The notes under the pieces were generated by a model. That model ran no database searches. It was not told the DNA's origin and was given only the letters and a program-made list of their open reading frames with translations. The position numbers were made by a program, and so were the translations under genes. A stretch of 63,281 bases of DNA, counting the filler, from Dimorphilus gyrociliatus (lineage: Eukaryota > Animalia > Annelida), in the NCBI GenBank assembly GCA_904063045.1. It is 7 parts of 7 records of this genome, joined end to end, with 100 filler letters (N's around TTAATTAATTAA, not from the genome) between each part and the next. Parts side by side here need not be neighbours in the genome. Positions count along the whole stretch, not along the records: positions 1 to 16,665 come from CAJFCJ010000183.1; 6 more parts are not named here. One strand, given 5' to 3'. This document shows, in pieces, positions 1 to 12,633 of this stretch. Numbering within the stretch: position 1 is the stretch's first letter; every line of letters starts with the position of its first letter.

Positions 1-1486
1 AAGCATTTATGATCCCCTTGGACTAATAAACATTGTGACTAGCAAATTAAGGCTCACATTTTCACAACTCAGCAAAGGCATGAGCCATTGGAAAGAGGAA
101 ATATCAGAAGAGAAGAGAAGAGACTGGAACACAATAGTAGCCAGGTTGCCTGGACAATTAAATATAGCTCACTATGCCGGGAGCTCCAAAGGGTACCACA
201 TCTACACAGACGCCTCAGATACAATGTTGGGAGTGGCAATCTACTCATATGCTAATGGAACCGAAATGATACTGAGGTCAAAGGCCTTGATGGCTAGACC
301 AGCCATGAAAACAATGCCAAGGCGTGAGCTGGCTGCAGCATTACAAGGGGTGAGATTGGCACTGGAGGTGAGAACAGGGGTGGCGAGAAGGCCTGCCCTA
401 TTTATGACAGACTCGGAAGTGGTACTGAGGTACATCAAGAATGACGAAATCCCAATGGAAAAGTATGCACGAACGAGGGTACTGGAGATACGGCAGTACA
501 CAGACCCAGATCAGTGGCACCATGCAAAGAGCGAAAATAACCCAGCAGATTGGTTAACTAAAATACCAGTAAAATTCAACCAGGAAAAGTATGACAAATG
601 TTCAAAGAGAGAAATAACAATGACACAACAAGGACAGCCATGCAAGGTACTATTGCTGAAAAAACCAGCTGATAATGAGCAGGACTTTGCAAAGTTCTTA
701 TCCCAGAGAGCGGGGAAGGAGCTGACCAATGTAAATGACGTCAACCTGGAAGTAGAGAAAGCCATATGCGAAGCTCAAATGGAGATAAACCCAAAAAGAC
801 TGGCAAAATATGTGATAACAAGGGGACAGGACGGAATGAGAATCCAACTCCGATGACTGGGGAAGAAGGAGAGCTACCTTGAGAACCCTAGGATCTTGGA
901 TGGAAAGTCGACGATTGGAAAATTGATGGTGAAAAGGATTCATGAGGAAAACTGCCACGCTCCCCTGGCTAGAATGAGAGTAATCTTAAGGGAGACCTAT
1001 TGGCGTGTGGGAGGTAGTAGTTAAGGCAGCTAAATATTTGGCCAAACCATATCTACACAATTGCTGGTCTCACCAGAAATGGCAGACACTGTGGTCGCTA
1101 GTAGAGAAGGTAATAAACGATAAGCCATTACAGCAGATGACCCTGACCAGATATTGGTAACACCCAATTTACTAAAGAAGAGACAACGGGAGCTATGTTG
1201 GAATGAAAGCAAATGGAGTCAGAAGTGTTGGAACGAGATACAGCGACAATGGAAAAGGATCTACCTGCAAGAGCTGGTCAGACAACAGCAGAGAACGAAG
1301 GGAGGAAGAAAGCTGCAAGTCAGAGACAAGGTCCTAGTCACTGACAAACAAAAAGCTAGGCATAGATGGGTGACTGGAGTACTAACAGAAATCATACCTA
1401 GTCATGATGGAGCCACGAGAAAGTGCAAGTTGAATACAGCAAGGGGCCCACTTATCAGGGCTGCTGATTTTATTTACAAAAGGTAA
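1..1486 (+). mobile_element. BEL/Pao LTR retrotransposon pol fragment (Pao RNase H/peptidase region, integrase zinc-finger start, C-terminal DUF5641-like domain; integrase core missing)
   Basis: ORF 35-856 has Pao signatures HIYTDAS, LRSKA..A..TMPRRELAAA, TDSEVVL.YI and SENNPAD. ORF 1154-1486 has W..IQRQW..IYLQEL...LQV.DKVLV.D..W..G...E..P..DG..RK. No DDE core lies between them. Truncated by the window start. Confidence 0.88.
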
Positions 1487-2149
1487 ATAAATAATTTTTT
1501 TTAGTGATATATCTATTTTTAAATTGCTCATTTGATTTGGAACAATGGCTATATAAAAATTATCAGTACCATCTTCACTCTCATTGATTATATTCAATGT
1601 TTGAAGGTATTCCATATAGAGAGCTTCCATGAGAATAGCTGGAATCACAGTATCACATATTGTTAAATATTTTAGCAAGTTGGGAGATCTTCCATCAAGA
1701 TAACCCTTCTTATCCAATAAAGAATGGCTATTGTTGATAAAAGTAACATTGGCAATTCCCAATGATCTTACTCTTCGAGTACACATTAAGCATTTCATCA
1801 TAATGTGTAACCCTAATTGAATATTACACACCTCAATTATGTTGATGAAGTCTATATATAAATGTTGAGAGAGGTATGATGTTAAATTCAACTCTTCTTT
1901 CTTTAAATTCTCACCATTTCCACTTTTATATAAAATCTCTATGCTTTCAATAGCATCAAAGAAATCCAAAATGTTTAATTCGTTTAATTGTTTACGTTTT
2001 GAATAAAACATTTGATTAAAATCCAATATTTCTAATATTTGTAATAAAATTGGAGAAGGAATTTCAATTTTCACATTCTCCAACCATTTACAAATTTTTT
2101 TCAGATTTTTCCTTATAATCCTTAGACTGGCTTCTTTTAGAGAAGCCAT
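1382..2149 (-). CDS. LRR-family protein, paralog of 3656-5281, apparently 3'-truncated where it runs into the Pao fragment
   Basis: N-terminus SLKEASLRIIRKNL..W...IP parallels SLKLISLRIICDNL..W...LP of 3656-5281; Leu-rich spacing; the last ~30 codons overlap the Pao antisense strand. Confidence 0.55.
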   Translation of the reverse strand: MASLKEASLRIIRKNLKKICKWLENVKIEIPSPILLQILEILDFNQMFYSKRKQLNELNILDFFDAIESIEILYKSGNGENLKKEELNLTSYLSQHLYIDFINIIEVCNIQLGLHIMMKCLMCTRRVRSLGIANVTFINNSHSLLDKKGYLDGRSPNLLKYLTICDTVIPAILMEALYMEYLQTLNIINESEDGTDNFYIAIVPNQMSNLKIDISLKKIIYLPFVNKISSPDKWAPCCIQLALSRGSIMTRYDFC

Positions 2150-3655
2150 TTTAAACCTTAAATTATGGTAAACAACGTCAATAATTTTATCGAAATAACA
2201 AGGATTTGAGCAAAATATCTATGTTGTTTTAAAGTTTAACTCTTTCTATACTGTCTGCTAATATGTTAACAGAGGTTGTTGTTAGGTTGCACATTAATAA
2301 ACAGTATAGACAATATGTTTTAGCCACCTGGAAAAATTTTTATATTTTTTAAAGTGCTATACTGTATATTGTATAAGAATCATTGAGAGCCTATTTGACA
2401 GTTTAACTAGTCTTCTAAAAAATTTCAACTTCAGTTCAAAGTTTTCATAAATAAGTAATAGGATAATATATATTTCCTGTCAAGGTATCGCTAAATCACG
2501 GATGAGAAAGTTTGTAAATCATATAGGCATGTAGTCGATATTATATTATATTATTTTATTATATGCCTACGTACCAACTCAATGTGTGTCTTTTGAAAGT
2601 TAAGGATTATCAAGAAATTTAGGTTCTAAAAAATATTTAAATTATAAACAGGATTAACCCTCTCTTACTTCTAACCCAGAACTTGAATTCAAAAAATGTT
2701 TAAACTAACTCTATCATAGCTTTAGACGTAACTTTGAACAGTTATGGTATGTCTTTTAATCAGGTAGTAACACTTGTAATTGCCAAAAGGGTATTAAGCA
2801 TACTCACATGTTTTTAAAAAGATATTTGTTATTGTGTATCCCAATGAAATTTAATACAGAAAGCAGTATTTATGCTGTTTAACAGATGTAAGAGACTTGA
2901 AATTTTCATCATTTCTATCATAGCAATCAGAATGTTTATGATGATAATAGCATATTCAAAAATTCAAAGGCGTTGGTAACCAGTTACAAATGTATCAACA
3001 CAATGTTGTTGTCAAAAATATCAAGTGAAGGCAATTGGGTCAAAAATATTTCAGCTTCCATTTCCGGTTATATTTTTTTAGTGAAAGAAAGATTGTTTAT
3101 TGTTTTTTCACTCAACCATATATAATTTGATGTCTGAGCGATATAGAGGAATTTTTCCAACTTTTCAAATTTCTAACACAATGTTCTTTTACATTTTCTT
3201 GTAAACATGAAATTATTGCGAAATATATAAGAATTTATTCTTCTAGTGGGCTATTTTCAATTTGAAATTGTTATGTAATAAGTATTGAAAAAGTTGAGGA
3301 TATAAAGAAAGGTATGGAAAATTAATTAAAAAAATATTTCTCTTTTTTTGTTTACTAGACACTGTAGAATTAAAATTTAAAAATAGAATAATGAATGTTT
3401 GACTATACTTTTTGAACATGTGACCTATTTACTGTTCAATTTTAGGAGCAACTTTATCATTTTCATTATTTTTTGAACTATTATCTTTTTATAACAATTG
3501 AACTTGTAGACAGCAGTATAAGATAAAAGATCAATAAAGCTAAGCAATAAAGCAGACTATATCCTTAAAATTGTTTCCATTTTTGCGATGTCCATAAACT
3601 AGGCTGCCTATGTTTTCGAAGTAATCGATAATACTAATTTCGTTACTAGGCAAAA

Positions 3656-5281
3656 ATGTCTGTCTGCTCACTAAAACTGATTTCCTTAAGGATAATTTGT
3701 GATAATTTAACGTTTTTCAGAAATTGGTGTCATAGGAACTGTTATAAGTTACCTAAGAAAATCGGAAGTCTAATTTATGGATACTGCATAAACATAGTAG
3801 ATCCTTTCAAAGCAGAGGATTTAGAATTTTTCTCAAGTGATTTATTTCAATTGGATGAAATTATATTGGAAAATCACAAATTTACACAAATCAAGAATTT
3901 CAATTTCGTCTCCAATCATCCAATAGAATTATTAGTATTAAGAAAATTTCCAATAGATAAAATACTTTCAATACCGTTGTTGAACACTACTCTGCAAACT
4001 CTTGTACTCGATGAATTAGATTTTTCGTTAGGTGACTGTAAAAAATTATCAAATATGTTAATCAATATGAAATCTCTGCAATCTTTTTCATTAATTGGAT
4101 CATTGGACTTTGAAGTTGATCTAGAACTATTATTGAATAGTTTACGAAGTTCGGCATCTTCTTTAAAGATGCTCAAATTTCGAAATATTCATATTAAAGA
4201 TCGAGAAACAATAAATATCTATGACTTTTTTAAAGAGTGTAATTCTTTAAAAGAGATTGATTTTTGCATATTCAACAATAAGAATAGGGAAAATATTTTT
4301 AAAAGTGTCTTTACAGGGTTAAAATTGTCTGCATCATCTTTGGTTAAAGTCACCTTTACTGATATGTTCTTCAATGAAATGGAATGCTCATACTTGTCAG
4401 ATTTATTGCATTGCTGTAGTTTACTGCAAGAGGCAACCCTTTTCTGCTTTGCTTCTTGTGGAGAAAGTTTTGAGAAGGTTTGTAAAGCATTGGAGTCATC
4501 TTCTTCTTGTCTTCGTAAACTCTTTATGGAGGTGGGTGTTTTGGAAGAAAAAGAGTGCTATCCTCTAATAAGATTACTGAAAAAATGTTCTTTGATAGAG
4601 TTATCGTTGGTTTTTAAAGAAGATTTTAGAGACATATTTGAAGAAATTTACAACATAGCCCAATCTTATCGCTCATTATCGCAAATTGAAATAAGGCATA
4701 TAGTAACTCTAGGAATGGAAGTGACCTATGTTGTCTTCAACACCGAAATATTAAAGAAATACAACTGTTTGAAAGAAATAAATTTTACTGAATGGGATAT
4801 GTTAGAAGTTGACTTGCCTCAAGCTCTCGATTGTTACAGACCATCATCCAAATATATAATAAAGATAGATTTTGGTCTTTGTATTTCGTACGATGACAGT
4901 GTCTTATTTGGAAAATTTTTAGGTGAATGTACATCATTGAAAGAGTTTCGCCTACACCGCTGGAAATCATATAAGATAGACTTGAATGCAATATTTAATG
5001 GATTAATTCCATCGTCAAAATCATTAAGGAAACTATTCCTATCAAAGTGCTATATGGAAAAAGATGATATTTTGAGTTTAGGACGATTATTAAGAAAGTG
5101 TAACTCGTTAACGGAAATTGATTTAAGCCAAAATGAGAATATGTGTGAAGAATTTAAAGAAATATGCATAGGTTTAAATTTTTCTTCAAATACTCTGGCA
5201 TCAATTAATCTCTCTCATTGTTCGCTAACTCAGCAGCAACTTGTGTGGTTAGGAGGATTGGAGAAAATATGCAAGAAATAG
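3656..5281 (+). CDS. RNI-like leucine-rich repeat protein (541 aa, single exon)
   Basis: Repeated ~28-residue LRR units of the type L..S...L..L.L..C.L.......L..LL..C..L.EI.LS.N; intact ORF. Confidence 0.85.
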   Translation: MSVCSLKLISLRIICDNLTFFRNWCHRNCYKLPKKIGSLIYGYCINIVDPFKAEDLEFFSSDLFQLDEIILENHKFTQIKNFNFVSNHPIELLVLRKFPIDKILSIPLLNTTLQTLVLDELDFSLGDCKKLSNMLINMKSLQSFSLIGSLDFEVDLELLLNSLRSSASSLKMLKFRNIHIKDRETINIYDFFKECNSLKEIDFCIFNNKNRENIFKSVFTGLKLSASSLVKVTFTDMFFNEMECSYLSDLLHCCSLLQEATLFCFASCGESFEKVCKALESSSSCLRKLFMEVGVLEEKECYPLIRLLKKCSLIELSLVFKEDFRDIFEEIYNIAQSYRSLSQIEIRHIVTLGMEVTYVVFNTEILKKYNCLKEINFTEWDMLEVDLPQALDCYRPSSKYIIKIDFGLCISYDDSVLFGKFLGECTSLKEFRLHRWKSYKIDLNAIFNGLIPSSKSLRKLFLSKCYMEKDDILSLGRLLRKCNSLTEIDLSQNENMCEEFKEICIGLNFSSNTLASINLSHCSLTQQQLVWLGGLEKICKK

Positions 5282-5569
5282 ACATTTGTTCATTTTAACA
5301 CAAACTTTTACAGTATGAAAGAAGAATCGTTATGGTCATAATTACTATAATCAAAATCTTATTGTTCGAAATGTCGTAATGTTATTGTGAAGTTTTTGAA
5401 CTATCATAGGCTTAAAGAAGCATTAAGCAACAAGTTCAACTATATATCAATCTATTACTGTTAAGTAACTGTTCAAAATATATTTTATAATAAAAATTAT
5501 CATTCTCACTTATATAAATTTGTTTGTCAAATTTAAATCCATTACCTTTAAATTACCTAAGCCAAGCAT

Positions 5570-5652
5570 ACCAGGATGGCCGAGTGGTTAAGGCGTTGGA
5601 CTTAAGATCCAATGGACGAATGTCCGCGTGGGTTCGAACCCCACTTCTGGTA
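5570..5652 (+). tRNA. tRNA-Leu-TAA: tRNA-Leu (anticodon UAA)
   Basis: ACCAGGATGGCCGAGTGGTTAAGGCG...GACTTAAGATC...GGTTCGAACCCCACTTCTGGTA: acceptor stem, D-loop, CT-TAA-GA anticodon loop, long variable arm, GTTCGAA T-loop; followed by a T-run. Confidence 0.97.
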
Positions 5653-5801
5653 TATTTTTATAATTCTAAGCATAATAATTTTTTTTGTGTTGTTTTTTAT
5701 TTTTTTAATAAAATATAGCATAAGTAAAACAAACTACGAAATGACAAACATAATATTTAAACTACTCAACAAATTTCTTTGTTTAGCGAACATCTCAGCA
5801 T

Positions 5802-8800
5802 TTAATATTTACTTATATCAAACATTTTTTCAGTTTGTCGCTTTTGTAATAGTTTCTTTAGAAATGTTCCTAAACTACAAACATCATCTATTCTCATTTT
5901 AGCTGTACATAGATGAATTTTGCTTAAAGATAGATAATAATTCATTTCATTTTTCTCTTCCTTAAGAATAAGACAATTGAAAGAAATCAAAATTTCCATT
6001 TAATTCATTTCGTAAAAAACCCCTCCCCCCCAGATATTACTTACTTTTTTAAATACGTTATTAAAGTCAATCTTTCCATCGAAGCCAATTTTAAAATTAT
6101 GACAGAATTTTAAAGCTTTAGCAATTTGTTTAGTGATAGATAAGAGAAGATTAACGGAAGAGAAATCATATTCATTATTTAAATTTTCGCAAGATTCTTG
6201 ATAATATTCACAAATTGTATGATGATTTTTCATATTTTTTAAAAAGTTAGTAACTATAGAAGAAGTAAAAAAAAATGGATTAAATAAAATAATTGAATGA
6301 AAAATATATTTTCAAACTATTCACATTGCAACACTTGAAAATTTTCACATTTCTGCAATTCCAATTTACTGTTGAAAAAATTCAAACAAGAAATTTAACC
6401 TCTGTTTTAGTTTGAACAGAAAACGTCCATTCAATTGATTGATTGTTTACAGAAAATGATATGAATGGACGCTTTCTGTCAAATGAACGCTATTCAAGTA
6501 TTACAGCTCTTCTTGTCGACTTTTCCTCTTATTTTGTAGATACATTTTTACATCCATCCATGTGTACAGTACTGGATTTATTACGGAGTTTAATGGTAAA
6601 ATAATTACGACAAGTGCAGAGTAGACTTCCTTTTTAATTGTTAATGACGAAAACACGGAATATATGCCTAGAAAAAAATCAAGAAATTGATATATTTTAG
6701 CAAGAAGACGAACAAACCTAATATTGAAATAGGAAATGAGCAGCATATATTCGTTGAAACGATTAGAAAAGTTTTAAAAATTAGTCTCCTTTGTCTAGTT
6801 TCAAATCTTTTCTTTTCAACTAAATGTTTGGTATGGAGAGTTTTCTTCCAAATTGCAACATACAGAATTAAAATCAATAAGCAAACTATTGAAATAAATA
6901 CTCCAAATACTAAAAATGATAGAAACCATCCCTCAACCTTTTCACTTGTGATATGCAAAGAAAAACAAACTGGATTTCTTGAGTAGTAGTTCTTTTTTTT
7001 TAAAAAGAAAAAGAAAAACTAATTAACTACAAGTTAAGAAAACTGGAATGATAAATTCAGATAAAATGGGTCTCTTAAATTATAAAATTCTCCTTCTTTT
7101 TAACTTGAACAGTCAACTTACACCCATTTTAGATGAATAGCGAAACGGACCAATAGTTACATTATATATTATCGATGGTAAAACTGATATTATTCCAGAA
7201 CATACTAACATAATAAAAACGTAAATAATTGAAAGTTTCTGTTCAAATAGATTTAGAAATGGATAAATAATTTTCTGGAATCTTTCAAATGTAATCAACG
7301 CTAAGCTTAATACAGAAATTAAGATTATCCAACTGCAAAATATACCCAAAAAGGTACAAGCAAAACTATTTCTCCATGCGTAATCGTTTTCAATATAATT
7401 CCCTCTGTATTTCAAATCAATAGTACCAACTGATAAAAGATAAACCGACATTCCAAAGTCAGCGAATGACAAACTTAAATGGAAATAGTTTACTTCCTTT
7501 GGTGAAAAGAAAATTCGAAATAGTATGGTTATAATATTTTCTGAAAACGCTAAAAAGCATAAAATCCATAAAGCGAATCTAATGAAATTCGAGTGAAACA
7601 AATCAGAACAGGAATTGAATTTTGAATGTTTTGGTTGGCATTTCTTTATATTTCTGGAAAATTTCCAAGAGAAACAACATAGTGTAAAATATTTACTATA
7701 CATTTCTTTTAAATTTGTTAAGGGTTTCATCAAATTCGCTCCATGCATTAATGGGATTTTTGATTGTTTTAAAGAAAAAATCTCCAAGTTTATTAGCGAT
7801 GTTAAAGAATCCTTTGAAATTGTTTTTATAGAACAACTGTCGATTGTTAAATTTTTTAGCATGATTAAATTTGAGAATAACGATCTTTTCAAATATTTTA
7901 TATTGGTGGACGATAAATCAATTGATTGTAAATGCTTTTGCAGTTTAAATGAAAATGATTTAGATATTATCAAATGGCTAAAACTAAAGTTAATGTGTTG
8001 TAAATTCAATAATTTCTCATTTAATATGTTTGTCAAGACAATTCGGTTAAATTGCAAATTCAATACAACTACATTCGGAAATGAAGATGGTATTGATATA
8101 TTTTTTAAATGGCTGTTCGTAATTGTTAGATAAGTTATTGAAATGTATTTCGCCAAAGTCTGTTTGTCACTCACACCATTCATAGAAAATCTCTTGATAT
8201 TAGTTGACAATTCATTACTCACATGGAAAATTTGTTTATCATAGCGACAACTGATTATATAATTTAATGAGCATTTGCATCTTGCTGGACAACTGCTATT
8301 CAATAAACCGCAATACAATTCATCGCTACCTTTGCGACAATCAACAATTCCATTGCAAACACTTTTCAGTTGGATGTAATGTCTATCGAATTTGCATTTA
8401 AAATAGCCCTTTGGTCGGAAATTTTCTGAGGGTGATAGCGCCATTAATGTGACTGATTAGCAGTGGAAATAAAGATGTTTATTAACCACAATTAATTTCA
8501 TCATCTAAATTCGAACAATGAACAATGCCATCACAAACTTGTTGAATTGATATACAATATGACGCCCCTTTACAGAGATATTCTCCAAAATTGCATTTTG
8601 ACAGCTTACATCCTTCCAACTCATTAAAAGGTGAATGGGCTTTTGTTAGCATATAATCCATTGAATTGTATTGAAGTCTACATTGATAGGCCGTTCGATT
8701 CGGTTTTGGTTTGTCAAATTTGCATACACTTTTGTGGCCGTAAGCCTTAATTTTTTTAGAACATTGGCTGTGAACTTCGTCCGTTTCATCTTTGCAATTC

Positions 8801-10929
8801 ACTTGAAAGTCGCAAGCGAAACTGTATGGAATACATTTATCGTCGCAGAACATTTGAAAATCTTTACGGCATTCTGAAAGATATTGAAACTAAAGAAAAA
8901 GTAATTAGAGTTATTTTTTGCGCAGGACTTTGTTTTTTCCCATTCGAAGACGTGTATGACAAACAATTTTCATCACTTGAATCATAACAGTTTCTTTCAT
9001 TGTTACAGAATAATACACTTTTAATGCATTGGTGATTATTACATCTTTTGAGCAGTTTGAAGAAGTTTGAAGGAAAATAAATGAGATATTTTGTATTCCT
9101 TACCTATTTCCCTCTTGACAAACATTCCATTCTATAATAAATTCAGTAAAAAATGGCAATTTAAATATTTCAAACATTACCGCAATTCATCTCGTCTATT
9201 CCATTAGGACAATCAGATATATAATCGCATACAAACTGAAAATTTATATGAAAGTTAGCTGAACATGCAAACTTCTTTACGTGTTCACAATTTAGTTCAT
9301 CTTCCCCACTAAAGCAATCTTTGACACCATCGCAAACGTATATGAAGTTTATACAGAGGGCGTCAATTCTACAAAAGAATGATTTATGAGGGCAGACTAT
9401 TAACTTTTCATTGTTCAATTCTTCATAAATATTCATCGTATAATCAGAATTTTCTGTTCAAGATACGAAAAAAAAACTAATTATCTCTAAACCAATTTGT
9501 TTGGCTAAACAAACAAACTTTTAATATTTTTACAAACGAAATTTGAAAACATCGTTTTATGGCAATTGGAACTTCTGAACACTAAATTTCTTTGGTAAGT
9601 TGATTTTGAAATACTATCAGTAGCAATATAACATTTGTCAGTTTTAGACAGATACGAAGCCTTTGAAGCAGAAAAGTGCGACGTGCACGAAATGTTTTGG
9701 TTTATACTACAAGAATTTTATTAGAAGATATGAATATCTTTTCAAACGATCTTAATTACCGGTATGGTTCCGTATGTAAAATATCACGCATTTCATATGG
9801 TCTGTTATCGGCAAACACTAAGAACTCTCGTCCTCTAATATTCCTTTTCATATGTAAAACTGTTTTTCATTTTTTTGAAGAAAAAAAAACAAAAATTCTA
9901 CTATAACATCGTCATTTTTGTAATTAACGTATGATTTACTTCCGGGTAGTCCGGCTTGGAATGTATTATGATCTCTAGATAAATCTGTATAGTATAATTT
10001 GTCCTTTAATCTTACAAAATATTTGTATTCTTCGGGAGAGAGGCTTGGCAAAGTCATGTTAAATTTTGAGCATTTTTCAAATGATTCCTCTATTGATATC
10101 TTCTTTTTACTGCTGTAAAGAAGATAACAATAGTCATTGAAAGTATACGAACGGCCATTGACCGAGCATTCTATATATAAAATAAACACGTAGTTCACTG
10201 AAAGAGGCAAATAATATTAAAAATAAATACTCAATTCTCTTGTATGTTTGCATTCAATGAGAATGAAAGGATTTGGATAACCCTCTCCTCGTATATTAGA
10301 TGAGCTGGTGAATTTGATAATGAGAAATAAATTCATGCTTTAAGTAAAACAATTTTAATAGTCAACTTGAATGGCTTTTGAAAATTTGAATGATTTCTAT
10401 AAAATTTACAATTATCTCTCAGGAAAGTACCATTGCAATTCAGATGAAATAATTGAATTGTATCCACTCTTTCTACATCTTCACTTACAACCGTTCCAGA
10501 TCTATAGCCGAAATGTTTGCAGATAGCGTAAACTTCCAGATATCCCATATTTAATATATACGGAATATACCAAAAATGATTGAAATACACTAGAAAAACT
10601 CCTCTAAATGCTTCATCAGTTGGAGTTTTATTTGAAAATAGAGATTTTTCCTCATTGTGCAATAACCGAAAATCCATATCTAATTTTTATAATTTGCCAA
10701 AAAGTAATGACTGTTTTTATAATAAAATAATTAACCTACCAGAAAAGTTTCTTCTTTCTTCGCAAGAAACTGTCATAAAGTAAGCTTTTTGGACTGTTGG
10801 CATTAATTCGCAATCCGAAAAATCAAAGTATTTCCATTTACAAAATTCAAATACAACGTTATCCACCGAGTCGAGATGTTGATTGATGAATGGACAATGA
10901 GGATAAAATCTAGCCTTAGAACGCATCAA
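5802..10929 (-). CDS. Multi-exon GRL101/RXFP-like class A GPCR: SRCR-like, C-type-lectin-like, ~6 LDLa, LRR, 7TM, kinase-like tail; 5' boundary uncertain
   Basis: LDLa motifs C...C....VCDG..DC..G.DE.NC at 9436-9170, ~8990, 8853-8482 and ~8400. LRRs and an LGR hinge (YFTLCCF...C.P....SC.DL) in 8444-7113. TM3 ITFERF; TM7 PLNSVINPVLY at ~6590. GT-AG introns between ORF pieces. Confidence 0.85.
6414..6480. repeat. Miniature hairpin (TIR-only) member of the ACAGAAAACGTCC MITE family, in a GPCR intron
   Basis: ACAGAAAACGTCCATTCA (6416-6433) and TGAATGGACGCTTTCTGT (6462-6479) form an inverted repeat with one mismatch. Confidence 0.75.
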
Positions 10930-11146
10930 AGAGAAGAGTTATTAAATTTATGCTTAGAGGTGTTTCCTAGTTACTTTCTCCTTGGAGTATATTAAAGACA
11001 TGGAGAAAATAACTATAAACAATAAACGTATGGTCGATTCTGCAGTCTTTTCCCCTTTTATTAATACAACAACAACTTGGAGAGATGCCAACTGGTTTTA
11101 AAATACCTACAAAGCAGACTGTTGCAAAAGCGACCATACTTAAACA

Positions 11147-12380
11147 CTATAATCGTCTAACGTATGGAAATCTGATAATTATTCTATTTCCTATAGGTAT
11201 TGGAACTTTTCCAACAAGTTTACATAATGCTTTTGATATTGTAATGGTGTCTTGATCAGATTTAAAATATAGAGGTAAATATCCAAAAGTCTTAGAGTAA
11301 ACAATTGGTACAAAAGACAAAGGTAGAATTTTTCCAAGTACAATTAACTGATAAAAGGTCGGCATCATCTTAATTTTGGTATCTAAAATTTTTTCCACAA
11401 CAAATAACTCCTTCTTCATAAAGTATATTTCAATAAAATGTACCTTTTAACTGATGAAATGAACAGAGTATTTGATTAATTTCTGTTGTAACATTGAAAC
11501 TACGAATTCCAAGAAATCCTTCTTTATTAAATGATGCAAAACTATTTGTATTTATATCAAATTTATTAAAATTTCTTTTGAAATATTGGACTTTGCTACA
11601 AAATTCAATATTTCTCTCTCTTTCTTTAAAGTCAACTCTAAACGTCTGATTTTGAAATCTCAATAATAATTCAAATTTTTCTTGTTTCAATGAAAATGTT
11701 GAAGCAAACAAATCTGAATTTTTGAAAGAGTCAAAGTCTTTACTTTCGTATAATTGCTATATTCTATCAATAGAATATTTTCATATCTTACATGCCGTAT
11801 GTTTCTTGAAGCATTTTATGCAAAATGATTGAAATTTATCCTTCATATCTAATATTCTATGCCTAGGGGAATGAAGGAAGAGTACATTTGTAATAAAAGA
11901 AATGAAATATACGTACAAATGAACGGTTTTGGACCGAGATGATACAAATATCATAGTCAACTTGTCTAAATATGTAAATTTTAATAAAACAAATTAGTAA
12001 ATGTATTATTAAACAAACACCTCGATCCGAGTGGCAAGCCTGTGCAATATGATGAAAGTTTTCAAATCCCATTCTTTCACATAGTTTTCTTATGTTTTTA
12101 TCAGAGATTTTCGAATTGAATGCCAAATATTCAGTTTCATTTGATTCAGAAGATATTTGAATTTGTAATTTTCCGTATATTGAAGAATTATCTTCTTCTA
12201 AACGCTTAATATTATATTTAAAGTGATAATCTAAATAGTTTGAAGATATTTTTTTTGTCGTTTTCCTACATCCTAATGGATAGATGCCGAAATGGACTTT
12301 TATCATACTTAAAAGATATATATAAAAGACCACCAATACCATAGCAAATATCACACTGATGAATAATCTAATAGAGAAGT
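11147..12380 (-). CDS. Exon cluster with SRCR-like motifs; separate gene or 5' part of the GPCR
   Basis: YGKLQIQ...KLCERMGF and KALCKLVG resemble SRCR G.+.V...A...C..LG motifs; a hydrophobic segment at ~12380-12310 could be a signal peptide. Confidence 0.4.
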
Positions 12381-12489
12381 TGCAATGAGAAATGTATTTT
12401 ATAGAATATATATTAATTATAGTGTAGTGTTTGTCATTTGTAATACGAGAGGTAATTAAATACTCTATTTCTCTGCCTAAATCAATTAG

Positions 12490-12612
12490 TATGTAAATGA
12501 GAAATCTTTAAAGGCTGTTTTTATAAGACTCCTCTTATATTTTGAATTGAAAAACAGACACTAGCGTTAGGGTGAAATCATTCGGTTGTGAATGATTTCT
12601 CTCGCATCCGGG
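12490..12612. repeat. Degenerate, internally deleted copy of the TTAGGG-bearing MITE
   Basis: AAATGAGAAAT..., TTTTGAATTGA, GTTAGGGTGAAATCA and GTTGTGAATGATTTCTCTCGCATCC are collinear with the copies at 35183 and 55767. Confidence 0.5.
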
Positions 12613-12633
12613 GGCACAGGGTGAAAAGCATAT

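Noticed and set aside
5524-5718. ORF overlapping the tRNA
   Set aside because: Chance ORF through the tRNA-Leu gene.
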